Below are positions 1 through 9,687 of a DNA stretch of 64,000 nt, piece by piece (the first letter of the stretch is position 1; each line of letters starts with the position of its first letter). Below the pieces are notes generated by a model. The model was not told where the DNA came from. It saw only the letters and a program-made list of their open reading frames with translations, and did not search any database. The stretch lies in the IMG/VR virus record IMGVR_UViG_2751185825_000001; one strand, 5' to 3'. Source of the DNA: a virus. A program made the position numbers and the translations under genes.

Positions 1-282
1 CTGCGTCATGCGCCAAGCGGCCAGGGTCGTGAACGGCATGGCCGCCTGCGTGAGCTGCAGCGGCGTCAGCGCCATGAGGGACCGTGCGGCCCCCATTCCG
101 CCCGCCTCGACTGCGGCGCGGGCGTAGGCCTCGCCGCCAGCAGGATCGGTGAGGTAGATGCCTGGGGGCTGCGACTCGGCTGCTCGCACCGCATCGCAGG
201 CGGCCCAGATGCCGGGCAGCAGGCGCCCAGCCTGCTCAAGCTGGGTGCGTGCGATGTGGGTGCGTTTCTGAAATTGGGTCAT
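1..282 (-). CDS. AcrVA2/FinQ-family protein, 5' part (runs off window; copy of 58204-59259)
   Basis: Same sequence as the start of 58204-59259. Confidence 0.8.
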   Translation of the reverse strand, partial: MTQFQKRTHIARTQLEQAGRLLPGIWAACDAVRAAESQPPGIYLTDPAGGEAYARAAVEAGGMGAARSLMALTPLQLTQAAMPFTTLAAWRMTQ

Positions 283-289
283 AGGTCGC

Positions 290-706
290 TCAGATCATCC
301 GAGCCAGGTGGGGCCCAGTCCTCTGGGCCGGGTGCGGCGAAATGTGCCGCCAGATCGAGCCCCGTGCAGTCATAGAACCACAGCCGGGCCATCGGCGATG
401 CAGATCACTGATGGCGTTCACGATGGCCGGCAGATCAGGCCGGCGCAGTAGGTCAAGGTCAGGAATCTCCACGCGTCGGGCCACGCGGGGGCCACTGTGG
501 GCAGTTGGAGCACTCCGCCCGCTGGGGTAGCGCTCCATTACGCCGCCCGCGAACACGCGCAGACACACATACCCCAGCGTCGCCGCTGGGGATAGGCTGT
601 GCGCGTTAGGGGGTGCAGGCCACTCGCGGTGAATGATGATTCGATTGCCGCCCAGTTGGCGTGTGCTGATGACAATCGGCGTTGCTCTATTCGCGCGGGG
701 TCTCAT
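290..706 (-). pseudogene. Copy of 59256-59684 with a 1-bp frameshift (may be a sequencing error)
   Basis: One G missing in a G run near 385 changes the C-terminus. Confidence 0.55.
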
Positions 707-1023
707 GACATCTCTACCGTAACCACAGCCTCGACGCCGCCTGGCGTCCGGTGGTCGTATGCACATTCGGCGCGCAGAGCCTCCACGCGGGTCGCAATGG
801 CGGCATCGTTGTCGATGCACAGGACTGCATGGGCGTTTTGTCCTGCCGCATATGCGGCCTCGCATGCGGCCTCGGCCAGAGCCAGTTTGTTTTCGCCACG
901 GATCACGAGGACGCGCATAACGATATTCTGGGCGGGAAAATCCGACCAGCGCGTGGCTTGGTGGTCCCACGTTTTGCCATTGTCGATGGCAACAATGCGG
1001 ACGCGAGCGGGTTGGCTGTTCAT
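703..1023 (-). CDS. Hypothetical protein, first gene of the acrVA2-like operon (copy)
   Basis: Same as 59681-60001. Confidence 0.65.
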   Translation of the reverse strand: MNSQPARVRIVAIDNGKTWDHQATRWSDFPAQNIVMRVLVIRGENKLALAEAACEAAYAAGQNAHAVLCIDNDAAIATRVEALRAECAYDHRTPGGVEAVVTVEMS

Positions 1024-1142
1024 GATTCGACTCCGATTTGAGGACTATCCGGCTACACACCGCCGGCAGGTGGTGGACTGCTTTGCTGCTGTCCATGGAT
1101 GTAATGTACCGCGTTGCGCGCGTAACGCAAGGCCTTTGAGGC

Positions 1143-1355
1143 TTATCTCTCTAGGTGTTTACCCTTGGCCTCCAAAAGGGCGCGTTCTATGACCGCCGTT
1201 TTGCTCGCGGCATAGCCGCTGGCCACCAAGTCAGCCAGTGCCCGCGCGGCTTCAGTGGACAGCAAGCCGCCCGGCATCCGAACAGCACCAGCTTTGATGC
1301 TGCGTGCTTCACTTGCTCGGGATCGCTCGGCTTGGGTCTTGGGAGGGGTGCTCAT
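1143..1355 (-). CDS. Small basic putative DNA-binding protein (RHH/CopG-like), copy
   Basis: MSTPPKTQAERSRAS...SKTAVIERALLEA; same as 60121-60333. Confidence 0.55.
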   Translation of the reverse strand: MSTPPKTQAERSRASEARSIKAGAVRMPGGLLSTEAARALADLVASGYAASKTAVIERALLEAKGKHLER

Positions 1356-1514
1356 GAGTAACTCTGGATCGACGCAAAAAATACTCCCCCTTAGCTTAAA
1401 AGAGGGTGGGTAAAAAGTTGCCAAACTCTATGCAATTCATGCATTGTGGGCAACACATGCGAATCTGAAATCGTCATCAGATCAATACCTTACGCCATTG
1501 CCTGTGATTCGTTG

Positions 1515-1578
<64 letters not shown>

Positions 1579-1586
1579 AAACGTTG

Positions 1587-1626
1587 AAACCGTCGCTATC
1601 CAAAAGGTAGCGGCGGTTTTTCTTTT
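1587..1626 (+). terminator. Intrinsic terminator after tRNA-Ser fragment
   Basis: AAACCGTCGCTAT...GTAGCGGCGGTTTTT. Confidence 0.75.
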
Positions 1627-1670
1627 GGGCTACGGAGTGGTAAAAATCTGCCAATCACTATGGCTGCGCG

Positions 1671-2630
1671 TCAGCTGATTCGTCGGATGGCGGTCTTGAG
1701 TGTCTCGGTCGCAAGATGCGCGTAGCGTTTCGTTGATCGCCCATCCTTGTGCCCGAGGACGGCTCCTACGGTGTATAGGCTTTCTCCGGCGTTGATGAGC
1801 GCAGAGGCGGTTGAGTGCCGGAGGTCGTGGAAGTGCAGATCCGCCACGCCTGCTGCATCTCTGGCGCGCGCCCAATATGCCTGTACCGTGTTCTTAGATT
1901 TGGACCTGAAGTTGCGAGCCGCAGCCGCGACCTTCGGGTGCACAGGCACGATGCGTGGATCACCATTTTTTGTATCCGCAAGGAACCACACATCGCCATG
2001 CAGCACTGCGCGGTGGATCTCTGCAAGCCTCATGCCAGAGTAGAAGGCGATTCTGATTGCCTGGCGAGTGGGCCGATGCTGGCACAGCAAGCAGATTTGG
2101 AGCATCTCGCGCCGGTCAATGTGCCGTGTCCGGTCATTCTTGACGCTTGGCAGACCTACTTTGACTGCTGGGTCTGTGTCGCAAAAGTCGTGTCGCTTCC
2201 ACGCATAGCGGCAAGCTGCAACCAGATAGCGCATGCGTAGCCGGATGGTTGCAGGTGCGAGTGGATCGCCGTCTTCTTTGGTGGCCTTCGCCTCGTATTC
2301 ACGGCAGACATCGGCCAGTTCACTGATTCTCCTTCCCTTGTAGACCCAAAAGATCAGTGCCAGTTCTCCATCAACGTTCTTGCCATGCTTGAGCTTTGGC
2401 GTTCTCTCCTTCACGTAGACAGCTACCGCATCTTCAATGAGTCGGTCGGGCTTCTCGACCCCTGAGATTTCTGCATATAGGCGAGCGCTTTCTTTCCGGT
2501 CATACGCGTCTGCCTGGGCGCGTGTCCACGTTTTTGGAAGAGCTTTTCTAACTCTCCGCCGCTGGCCATTGACATGCCGCGAGAACTCGAACACGAAGCA
2601 CTGCTTGTCTTTGTCTCTGTGGATCGGCAT
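1671..2630 (-). CDS. int: Tyrosine recombinase/integrase
   Basis: SGMRLAEI, K in DTKNG, HDLRH, LGH, RYAH motifs; next to att. Confidence 0.95.
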   Translation of the reverse strand: MPIHRDKDKQCFVFEFSRHVNGQRRRVRKALPKTWTRAQADAYDRKESARLYAEISGVEKPDRLIEDAVAVYVKERTPKLKHGKNVDGELALIFWVYKGRRISELADVCREYEAKATKEDGDPLAPATIRLRMRYLVAACRYAWKRHDFCDTDPAVKVGLPSVKNDRTRHIDRREMLQICLLCQHRPTRQAIRIAFYSGMRLAEIHRAVLHGDVWFLADTKNGDPRIVPVHPKVAAAARNFRSKSKNTVQAYWARARDAAGVADLHFHDLRHSTASALINAGESLYTVGAVLGHKDGRSTKRYAHLATETLKTAIRRIS

Positions 2631-2779
2631 GTTTGTTTGAACTCCAAAACATCTACTTCGTCGAAAAGCACACGTGTGCCGATTCTTGTGCATGGAAGAG
2701 GGCCAGCAGGCGCGGCAAGCTTATAGGCCATGCGCTGCGATACGCCCAGCAGCTCGCTTGCATCTTTTGCGGTGAGCAT
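2423..2779 (-). CDS. xis: Excisionase-like HTH protein overlapping int
   Basis: MLTAKDASELLGVSQRMAYKL...RIGTRVLFDEVDV. Confidence 0.75.
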   Translation of the reverse strand: MLTAKDASELLGVSQRMAYKLAAPAGPLPCTRIGTRVLFDEVDVLEFKQTCRSTETKTSSASCSSSRGMSMASGGELEKLFQKRGHAPRQTRMTGKKALAYMQKSQGSRSPTDSLKMR

Positions 2780-2848
2780 CAATCACTCCATGAAAAAGCC
2801 GCCTCGTGGGCGGCTGGGTGGGTTCGTGGTCTTTATCGTTCCAGGCTG

Positions 2849-3355
2849 TCATCGGCACTGACTTCGCGCAATCTCGACCAGCCTTGGGTCGGCACGGGTC
2901 AGCACATCAAGCAGCAGGCGAGCTTCTTCGAGGTAGACAACTGCGAACTTCGGGTCGTTCTCCACGATGCTGCTGGTATTGCTGATGAGGTCGGCCACTT
3001 TGATGGTTTGAATCCAGCCGGCGCACCGTGTCAGCCGATCACGACTCTTGGCCTTCCGTTCGGCTCGATTCCCAGTTTCGATGTCGGTCAGGCCGGACAC
3101 GCCGACCGCCACCATGAAGCCGAATCGGCGCTCGATTTCCTCCAGAGTCACAGCGGTGTCTTCCGCGGTGTCATGCAGCCATGAAACGGCCACCATCTGC
3201 TCAATCAAGGATTGGTCCGGGTTGGGTAGTTCGGCTGCGGCGACGATGCCAGCCACCTCAGCCAAGTGATCGCTGTAGGGGTTACCGGTGTACTTGCGCC
3301 GCTGGTCCTTGTGAGCCTCACGGGCGAACACCATTGCGTCATAGGCAAGTGCCAT
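2849..3355 (-). CDS. HD-domain small alarmone hydrolase (Mesh1/SpoT-HD-like)
   Basis: HKDQRRKYTGNPYSDH, LHDTAEDT, IKVADLISN motifs. Confidence 0.85.
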   Translation of the reverse strand: MALAYDAMVFAREAHKDQRRKYTGNPYSDHLAEVAGIVAAAELPNPDQSLIEQMVAVSWLHDTAEDTAVTLEEIERRFGFMVAVGVSGLTDIETGNRAERKAKSRDRLTRCAGWIQTIKVADLISNTSSIVENDPKFAVVYLEEARLLLDVLTRADPRLVEIARSQCR

Positions 3356-3393
3356 TGGTTATCTCTTGTTAATCGTTTCAGGGCGCTCGCTTG

Positions 3394-3645
3394 TCACGGC
3401 ATAGGCGGAGTGGGCGGTTTGCCAGATCCACAATGCGGACACCAGTACACCCCCATGCCCGGTTCTTCTGTGCTGGGGGTGAAACCAGGGAACGCGGATT
3501 GATCAAGCAGCACGGTGCCGCCGATGGGTCGCGTGTGAATGTGCGGCCCCAGGCCATACATTGGGAAGCAGGCCAGTCCGTCCGGGTCTACGCATCGCTC
3601 GCAGCCGTCTATGGCCGGCGGCTCATTCTCTGCGCTTAGCGTCAT
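3394..3645 (-). CDS. Hypothetical Cys-rich phage protein
   Basis: CERC and CPHC motifs; in early-left gene array. Confidence 0.55.
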   Translation of the reverse strand: MTLSAENEPPAIDGCERCVDPDGLACFPMYGLGPHIHTRPIGGTVLLDQSAFPGFTPSTEEPGMGVYWCPHCGSGKPPTPPMP

Positions 3646-3871
3646 GGTTTCCTCGCTCGGATGGCAGCAGCACAATCGCGTGGACGCTGGTGCTGTCAGG
3701 TTCGTCGTCCCATCTCCATGTGTGGTGCAGTTCTTCACACGCCTTCGCGCACGCCTCGCGCTCGGCCGTGGCCACCAGGGCGGCGAACGCCAACACCTCT
3801 GGTGCCATGCCGGGATGGGTACGCACCATACCTGCGGCGCGCGCCATTTCCAGGATTCTTTCTCGGTTCAT
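3623..3871 (-). CDS. Hypothetical phage protein
   Basis: MNRERILEMARAAG...AEREACAKAC; resembles 4371-4625. Confidence 0.6.
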   Translation of the reverse strand: MNRERILEMARAAGMVRTHPGMAPEVLAFAALVATAEREACAKACEELHHTWRWDDEPDSTSVHAIVLLPSERGNHDAKRRE

Positions 3872-4013
3872 GTCGCCGTTCTTCGATTCCTGCGACACGT
3901 TCTGGCGTTGTGTCGCAGGCGGCGACATGTCGGTGGATTGGGTGGTATTCATGGAGTCCATAAAGCAAAAAGCCCGCGAGGTGCGGGCTGGTTGGAGTAG
4001 GGTGTTAATCGAA

Positions 4014-4355
4014 CTAACGGCCTGAAGTGGCCCTGTCGTAAATCTCGCGCTCGACACGCGCCATGAAGGCGTCCCAGTCGCCATAGGTGCGGCTGAAGTC
4101 AAAAGGCTTGCCCTTGCCGTACTTGCTCACGAAAGGCTTGCCGCTGGCAGCCTCGGCCGTGATCTTGTCGGCCCTGGCTGTGCCCACGAGCTGCACGCAG
4201 ACGGCCAGATCGAAAGTGACCGCGGCCAGGTCGCCGGAGTAGCCCGGCGTGCGGGCCATCACCTTGTCGGGCTCTGTGTAGACGCGTACGAGCTTGCCGT
4301 CTCGCCAGTGCTCACGGCGCATGCGTGCCCAGTCGTAGATCGTGCAGGCTGCCAT
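4014..4355 (-). CDS. Hypothetical phage protein
   Basis: ORF in co-directional array. Confidence 0.6.
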   Translation of the reverse strand: MAACTIYDWARMRREHWRDGKLVRVYTEPDKVMARTPGYSGDLAAVTFDLAVCVQLVGTARADKITAEAASGKPFVSKYGKGKPFDFSRTYGDWDAFMARVEREIYDRATSGR

Positions 4356-4370
4356 CTGGGCATTGTGTGC

Positions 4371-4625
4371 TCACGTCCCACTTCGCTTACGGATGAAGTT
4401 GGCAACATCGCGCCGGATGTTGCCCCACAAGCTGTTTGGCACCCAATCACGGTTTTCGGGAAAGCCTTCGGCGGCCTTGGCGCAGGCCTCGCGTTCGGCG
4501 GCGGCCACCTGGAAAGCGAAGTTCACTAGGTCGCCCATGTCCACAATGAACACTGTTTGGCTTGCCCAGTTTTTTTCTTCCCAGCCAAATTCGCGAGCAA
4601 TTCGAATCACATCTTCTTTGGTCAC
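4371..4625 (-). CDS. Hypothetical phage protein
   Basis: AAAEREACAKAAE motif; start overlaps stop of upstream gene. Confidence 0.65.
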   Translation of the reverse strand: MTKEDVIRIAREFGWEEKNWASQTVFIVDMGDLVNFAFQVAAAEREACAKAAEGFPENRDWVPNSLWGNIRRDVANFIRKRSGT

Positions 4626-4834
4626 GGCGTTGTTCTCCTATGCGCCCGCTCCAGCAATCGCGCAACTCGGGCAATGAATGCAGTGGGGTACTCGTCCCCG
4701 TCGTCAAGAAAAAAGCCCAAGCGTTTGATTGCTCGGGCTTTGATGCGGGCCTTGGCTTCGGCTCGGCAGGCGGCTTTGAGGGTGAAGTACCTTCGGCCGC
4801 CGCCGTGGTAGACACGGGCTAGGCTGATCTTCAT
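4622..4834 (-). CDS. Hypothetical phage protein
   Basis: Start/stop overlaps on both sides. Confidence 0.6.
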   Translation of the reverse strand: MKISLARVYHGGGRRYFTLKAACRAEAKARIKARAIKRLGFFLDDGDEYPTAFIARVARLLERAHRRTTP

Positions 4835-5088
4835 GGCATCGCCCTTGCGCGATAGCTGCGTGTCATCTCTCCGAAAACACGCACCGTGACGGGCTTCGTC
4901 TCGCCTTCGTGAAGAACTTGAACCTCGGCCACTTCGCCGCCTACGATGGCGTAGTCCGCACTGTCGTGGTCGTGCCAGTCGGCCCAGTTGGTTGCCGCTG
5001 ATTCGTGATCGAAGCCTTTAACAGTCTTGGCGTCGTCAATCGACTGCCCAAGCTCCGGGCACCATATCTTGAACATCGGCATGCTCAC
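4831..5088 (-). CDS. Hypothetical phage protein
   Basis: Start/stop overlaps on both sides. Confidence 0.65.
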   Translation of the reverse strand: MSMPMFKIWCPELGQSIDDAKTVKGFDHESAATNWADWHDHDSADYAIVGGEVAEVQVLHEGETKPVTVRVFGEMTRSYRARAMP

Positions 5089-5378
5089 TCCCAGGAAACT
5101 TCGAGCCAGATGTCAACGAACTGGCGGCATTCAGATCGGATGGCGGTTTTGAACCCCAACTCATTCAGCCGTGCGATGACGGCGGCTTGCGCAACGGTTG
5201 GCTGGCCGCCGTAGAGATTCCCACTACCGAAGTCTCTGGCGTAGGTCTTGAGCGTGGTCTTGCCTTCTTGAGCGGCGGCCTTCACCGCTTCAAGAATTTC
5301 AGCCACATGGGTGTCAGTGGGCTGGATTGCTTTCACCAATGAACGCGCGTCATCGGCTGTGAAGGTGGTGTTGGTCAT
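5085..5378 (-). CDS. Hypothetical phage protein
   Basis: Coupled ORF. Confidence 0.65.
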   Translation of the reverse strand: MTNTTFTADDARSLVKAIQPTDTHVAEILEAVKAAAQEGKTTLKTYARDFGSGNLYGGQPTVAQAAVIARLNELGFKTAIRSECRQFVDIWLEVSWE

Positions 5379-5736
5379 CAGAAATCCCTTCGGTCAGCGT
5401 GTAGGGCTGCGAGTTCTTGACGGAATAGAAGCGCGGTGCAGGGCATTCGGACAGCCACTGCTCCAGTAGGGTCTGCAACTCTGCTGCTTGCTCCTTGGTG
5501 CATTCGGGGTATCCCTCGGCGTACTCGCCGCCGATGTCGTAAGCCCGTTCGCCGATGTGCTCGATAACCCAATCCGCATCGATCAGCTGGCCCAGCTTCG
5601 GCATGTGTGCATCTGCGCGATAGACGACATCACCGGGCTTCAGGTCATCGTGAGAATCCAGCAGATCGCCCAGCGATTCGTAGCTGAAATCTTCGTTGTC
5701 GGCAGACCAGCATTCGGTCATGGTGGTGTTGGTCAT
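5350..5736 (-). CDS. Hypothetical acidic phage protein
   Basis: Coupled ORF. Confidence 0.65.
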   Translation of the reverse strand: MTNTTMTECWSADNEDFSYESLGDLLDSHDDLKPGDVVYRADAHMPKLGQLIDADWVIEHIGERAYDIGGEYAEGYPECTKEQAAELQTLLEQWLSECPAPRFYSVKNSQPYTLTEGISDDQHHLHSR

Positions 5737-5972
5737 CGTGCAATCCTCTGTAGTGCTTTTTGCAGGTCAAGACGAGCACGCTTCACGGCAGCAACATCCT
5801 GGCCAGCGTTGAATACATCGTCCGGGTGAGGTTTCAAAGTGGCTTTGTCGTGGAACTCGCCGGCCTCATCCGCTTCCCGGCGATGCCAGCCTGCGGCGCG
5901 CTCCATGGTGGCGATGCGCTCCAGCAGTCGGGCGCACTCAGCCTTCACGGCGTCAACGTCAGATCGTTTCAT
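5733..5972 (-). CDS. Hypothetical phage protein
   Basis: ATGA overlaps. Confidence 0.6.
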   Translation of the reverse strand: MKRSDVDAVKAECARLLERIATMERAAGWHRREADEAGEFHDKATLKPHPDDVFNAGQDVAAVKRARLDLQKALQRIAR

Positions 5973-6193
5973 TGGGGTTGCTCCTTCTCGCCGTTCGGCG
6001 GATGGATCGTGATGTCGCGCTGCTCGCCGCCTTTGACCTGGATTGGCAGGCTCATGTCAGCGCCTTTGCTCTCGGCGAGGCTGACGATCAAGCCGACAAA
6101 GATCGCTGTGGCTGTGCTGATTGCGTCAACAGGGCCTACCGCATCGAGATATCGACCAAAGGCGGCCTCGAAGTCCTTGTGCGCATCCGTCAT
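5969..6193 (-). CDS. Hypothetical phage protein
   Basis: MTDAHKDFEAAF; ATGA overlaps. Confidence 0.6.
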   Translation of the reverse strand: MTDAHKDFEAAFGRYLDAVGPVDAISTATAIFVGLIVSLAESKGADMSLPIQVKGGEQRDITIHPPNGEKEQPQ

Positions 6194-6612
6194 TCGGCAC
6201 CTCCCCAGATGAGTGCCGCCCTGGCATCCGCAATGAACTGGCCGTCCTTGTGCATCCGGGTGTCGCCCACTCGTTCGAGCTGATCCGTGATAGCCCGCAA
6301 GGCATCGCGCAGGGCTTGGCGCTCTGCCTTCAGATTCCCGAGCGCGTCGAGAATCGGCTCCGCTCCGCCGTCGTTGGGATCGAGGTCGAGTGCTTCGTTG
6401 ATGGAGCCCAGATCCACGCACGCGGCACCGAGCATTCGTTCCAGGGAATCGCGCTCTGCCAGCAGGGCGAGGACAAGCGTTGGGTCGGCAGCTTGGTGCC
6501 AAGCATCATTCGCCTGCCAGTTGTTGTCATCCCGAGGGTTCGTGAAGATGTGGTGAGGGCCGGGATTGGCTTTCTGCGCCGCTTCGCGCAGTGCTTGGTA
6601 TTTGTCGGTCAT
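6190..6612 (-). CDS. Ead/Ea22-like phage protein
   Basis: MTDKYQALREAAQKA...AADPTLVLALLAERD. Confidence 0.65.
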   Translation of the reverse strand: MTDKYQALREAAQKANPGPHHIFTNPRDDNNWQANDAWHQAADPTLVLALLAERDSLERMLGAACVDLGSINEALDLDPNDGGAEPILDALGNLKAERQALRDALRAITDQLERVGDTRMHKDGQFIADARAALIWGGAE

Positions 6613-6613
6613 G

Positions 6614-6877
6614 TCAGTTGAACCCCTTCAGTTCGTATCCCATCAGGCCCTGCATGGGATTGGGACGCTGGCCTTGCGGGCAAATGGCGATGTTTGCTTC
6701 CAAGCCGTCAATGGAGACGGTCGCGCCCTCCAGATTCAGCCCTGGCGGCAACCCCAGGAATTGAAAGGGGGTGCCGCACTCAGTGCACCGGACGCGTGCT
6801 TCGAGCATGAATCGGCCCGAGTCTTCCAATCGGGCCACCTTGCATGACGCTTCGAATTTCATGTGCTGGCAGGTCAT
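6614..6877 (-). CDS. Hypothetical Zn-binding phage protein
   Basis: CTECG motif; coupled. Confidence 0.6.
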   Translation of the reverse strand: MTCQHMKFEASCKVARLEDSGRFMLEARVRCTECGTPFQFLGLPPGLNLEGATVSIDGLEANIAICPQGQRPNPMQGLMGYELKGFN

Positions 6878-7227
6878 GGGGCCAGTCCTTTCTGCTGCTC
6901 CTGGGCGCGGAGCGGCGATTTGCGTTCATAGAGCACGGCATGACGGTATTCCGCGTACTCTTTGACCTTGCCCTCCATGTCTTCTGGCGACGCGAACCAG
7001 CGCGCGGGCTTCAGCCACTGCACGACGTTGATCGGCGCGTAGTTACCGTTACGCCAGCCGTTGTAGCCGGCGAGCATCACGCCCCTGGTGATGTCGCCGT
7101 TCTTGAGGCGCACGGGCTGCCAGACGCCGGTGAGCGGCCAGACCTTCTGTTCGAACCATTGGCTCTGGTCCACCCACCAGCCGCGCTCTAACTGGTCGCG
7201 TAGGGTGATTTCGATGGGTTCTTTCAT
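6874..7227 (-). CDS. Hypothetical phage protein
   Basis: MKEPIEITLRD; ATGA overlap. Confidence 0.6.
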   Translation of the reverse strand: MKEPIEITLRDQLERGWWVDQSQWFEQKVWPLTGVWQPVRLKNGDITRGVMLAGYNGWRNGNYAPINVVQWLKPARWFASPEDMEGKVKEYAEYRHAVLYERKSPLRAQEQQKGLAP

Positions 7228-7574
7228 GCGCGCTCCTTGTGCGCCTGGGCGCTCTGTGCCAGCTTGCTGCCGGCAAATGCATAGTTCCGACCGCCCAGGT
7301 GCACGAGCTTGGGCTTGTCGCCCGGAGGCACCCAGTGGCACAGGCCGTGCTGATCGACCAGCTTCCCCTGGGCGATCCAGGCATCCACGGCAGGCCAGAA
7401 CGGGGATTTCTCGCTGGGCTGTCGATCCAGCGGTTCACCTGTCGCGCTGTTGATCACGACAGGTCCACACCATGGGTGCATCTCGAAGGTCCAGATGCGC
7501 CCGTCCGGGTCGCGTATGCGCTGCACTGGGCCACCCACCAGCATGCAGGCCGTCCTTAACGACTCTGAGGTCAT
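7224..7574 (-). CDS. Hypothetical phage protein
   Basis: ATGA overlaps. Confidence 0.6.
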   Translation of the reverse strand: MTSESLRTACMLVGGPVQRIRDPDGRIWTFEMHPWCGPVVINSATGEPLDRQPSEKSPFWPAVDAWIAQGKLVDQHGLCHWVPPGDKPKLVHLGGRNYAFAGSKLAQSAQAHKERA

Positions 7575-7774
7575 GTCGTTTCCTTCGCGGCCGCAGCCGC
7601 TTCAACAGCCAGGGCCACGGCCCCGGCAAAGATCTGTTCTCGCGGCAGTGATCCGCGTGGCATGCGTGCCCAGAGCTGGGCCAGCATTTCGGGTGTCAGC
7701 TCGGACACGGCGGGCGTTGCTTCGCGCAGTCGCGGGTTTGCGATGGCGCGGGCGAAGTCGGGTGGATGGGCCAT
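7571..7774 (-). CDS. Hypothetical phage protein
   Basis: MAHPPDFARAIANP; follows dcm. Confidence 0.5.
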   Translation of the reverse strand: MAHPPDFARAIANPRLREATPAVSELTPEMLAQLWARMPRGSLPREQIFAGAVALAVEAAAAAKETT

Positions 7775-7776
7775 GG

Positions 7777-9360
7777 TCAAGCTGCCAGGCGCTCGGCCTG
7801 GGCCTCCCGGAAATTGGCGGCCACAAGCGCCGCGGCCATGGGTGGGCACACGCTGTTGCCGCACATGCGCACCTGGGCCGTCTTGGTGATCGCTTCCCCG
7901 GCAGCGCCACGGTCGATGACATAGCCCTCTGGGAAACCCTGGGCGCGGTACAGCTCGCGCGGGGTGAGCATGCGCAGGCCAATGTCTACGATGGCGTAGG
8001 GCTCACCGTGCACCGTGACCAGGCCCATGCGGTCCTTCGTAGGCACGGTGTGCATGGGATCGCTGCACGCCGCGTCCTGGCCGCCCTCGCTGTAGTACTT
8101 GACGAGGAAGGCTTGCACCAGAGCCGCCGGTGTCGATGACGCGGTGACCGTGTTCAATGGCGCCTCAATGTCTCGGGTGCCGTCGCTCCAACGCGGCTTT
8201 CCCTTGCTGCACTGCTCGCCGTGGCCCATGTGCACCAGGTGCGCGGCCACCAGGCTGTGGTGGTCCACGCTGGTGACGGTGCCCATGGCGTCGTGCAGGC
8301 TGCTGCCCACCACGCCGGTGTAGTGCTTGGCCAGGAAGGCCTGAACCAAGGCGAAGTGGCCGCCCTTGATCTGGGCCACCTGTGTGCGCAGCGGCTCGCG
8401 GGCGTTGAACACCCGCTGGGTGCTCGCGTTGGCATGCTCGGTTAGGAACGGCGCAACTTGGGGCACGGCCAGCGCTTTTTCGCCTCGATGGGCACCGGTG
8501 ATGGTGCGAAACGGCTCGTTCAGCCCTTCGACCCGATCTCCGCCCTGATGGGTCAGCGGCACGATGAAGGGCTGGGCGGCCTCGACCACGTACCGCATCA
8601 CACCTTTGGCGATGCGTCGGCACGTGGCATCGGCCAGCGGGCGGGCGCGCTCGAAGATGCTGGGCGCCGGAATGCTCCAGTCGATGCACTCGGCGGCCGT
8701 GCGCCAGGGCTTCATGCCGGCCGGCACACGGCCTTGGGCGTCGGGCTTGGCGTGCGTCGGACGCGGCCAGACGATGGGCATGCCATCGCGGCGGGCGATG
8801 AGAAACAGGCGCTTGCGGATCGTGGGCGCGCCGAAGTCGCAGGCCCGCAGTTCGCGCCACTCCACCGCATAGCCCAGTGCGCGCAGCTGGGCCACCCAGC
8901 GCTGGAAGGTCTGGCCTTTGCGGCGTTCGCAGGGGCGCTGGTCAGCGCCGAGCGGCCCCCAGGTCTGGAACTCTTCGACGTTTTCCAGGCAGATGATGCG
9001 GGGCTGTGCCAGCTTGGCCCACTTGACCACCACCCAGGCCAGGCTGCGGATCTTCTTGCTCACAGGCTTGCCACCCTTGGCCTTGCTGAAGTGCTTGCAG
9101 TCGGGCGATGCCCACAGCAGGCCCACAGGCTGGCCGTGGGTGACGGTCATCGGGTCCACCTCGAACACATCGCTACAGAAGTGGCGCGTCTGCGGGTGAT
9201 TCAGCGTGTGCACGCTGATGGCTTCCGGGTCGTGGTTTACGGCCACGTCAACGGCACGGCCAATGGCTTGCTCGATGCCGGTGGATGCGCCACCGCCGCC
9301 GGCGAACAGGTCAACCACCAGCTCTTGGTGGATGGGCAGGAGGAATTGAGGTGTCAGCAT
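7777..9360 (-). CDS. dcm: DNA (cytosine-5) methyltransferase, orphan
   Basis: DLFAGGGG (I), SPDC (IV), ENV (VI), RKRLF (VIII), GNSV (X) motifs. Confidence 0.92.
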   Translation of the reverse strand: MLTPQFLLPIHQELVVDLFAGGGGASTGIEQAIGRAVDVAVNHDPEAISVHTLNHPQTRHFCSDVFEVDPMTVTHGQPVGLLWASPDCKHFSKAKGGKPVSKKIRSLAWVVVKWAKLAQPRIICLENVEEFQTWGPLGADQRPCERRKGQTFQRWVAQLRALGYAVEWRELRACDFGAPTIRKRLFLIARRDGMPIVWPRPTHAKPDAQGRVPAGMKPWRTAAECIDWSIPAPSIFERARPLADATCRRIAKGVMRYVVEAAQPFIVPLTHQGGDRVEGLNEPFRTITGAHRGEKALAVPQVAPFLTEHANASTQRVFNAREPLRTQVAQIKGGHFALVQAFLAKHYTGVVGSSLHDAMGTVTSVDHHSLVAAHLVHMGHGEQCSKGKPRWSDGTRDIEAPLNTVTASSTPAALVQAFLVKYYSEGGQDAACSDPMHTVPTKDRMGLVTVHGEPYAIVDIGLRMLTPRELYRAQGFPEGYVIDRGAAGEAITKTAQVRMCGNSVCPPMAAALVAANFREAQAERLAA

Positions 9361-9471
9361 GGGCGAAAAAAAGCCCGCTCGGGGCGGGCAGTGGTTGCGA
9401 AATTCGACCGCAGAGGAGTTTTGCCCCTTGTGCGGCATAGTGAGGACTCACTCACTACATGAGAGGTTGCG

Positions 9472-9687
9472 ATGGCAATTTCGCGCACAGTTGAACTGGA
9501 TAACGGACACGAAGTCTCGGTGACCATAGATCGCATTGGGGCGGGTTGGTCCATCGCTGAGATTGATCTTGAGACCTACCCCTACCAAGTGATTGACGGC
9601 GATGGGCGAATTCACCCGACCTTTAATCTCGCGCTGGATGAGGTGAAAAGGATCGCAGCTCGCCACCTATCTAGAAGTAGCCGCTAA
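9472..9687 (+). CDS. Small counter-oriented moron protein
   Basis: GAGG RBS; opposite strand to neighbours. Confidence 0.55.
   Translation: MAISRTVELDNGHEVSVTIDRIGAGWSIAEIDLETYPYQVIDGDGRIHPTFNLALDEVKRIAARHLSRSSR

Noticed and set aside
380..390. Phase variation by G-run slippage in the acr-operon middle gene
   Set aside because: The run is only 3-4 G; a long-read indel error is equally likely and cannot be resolved without reads
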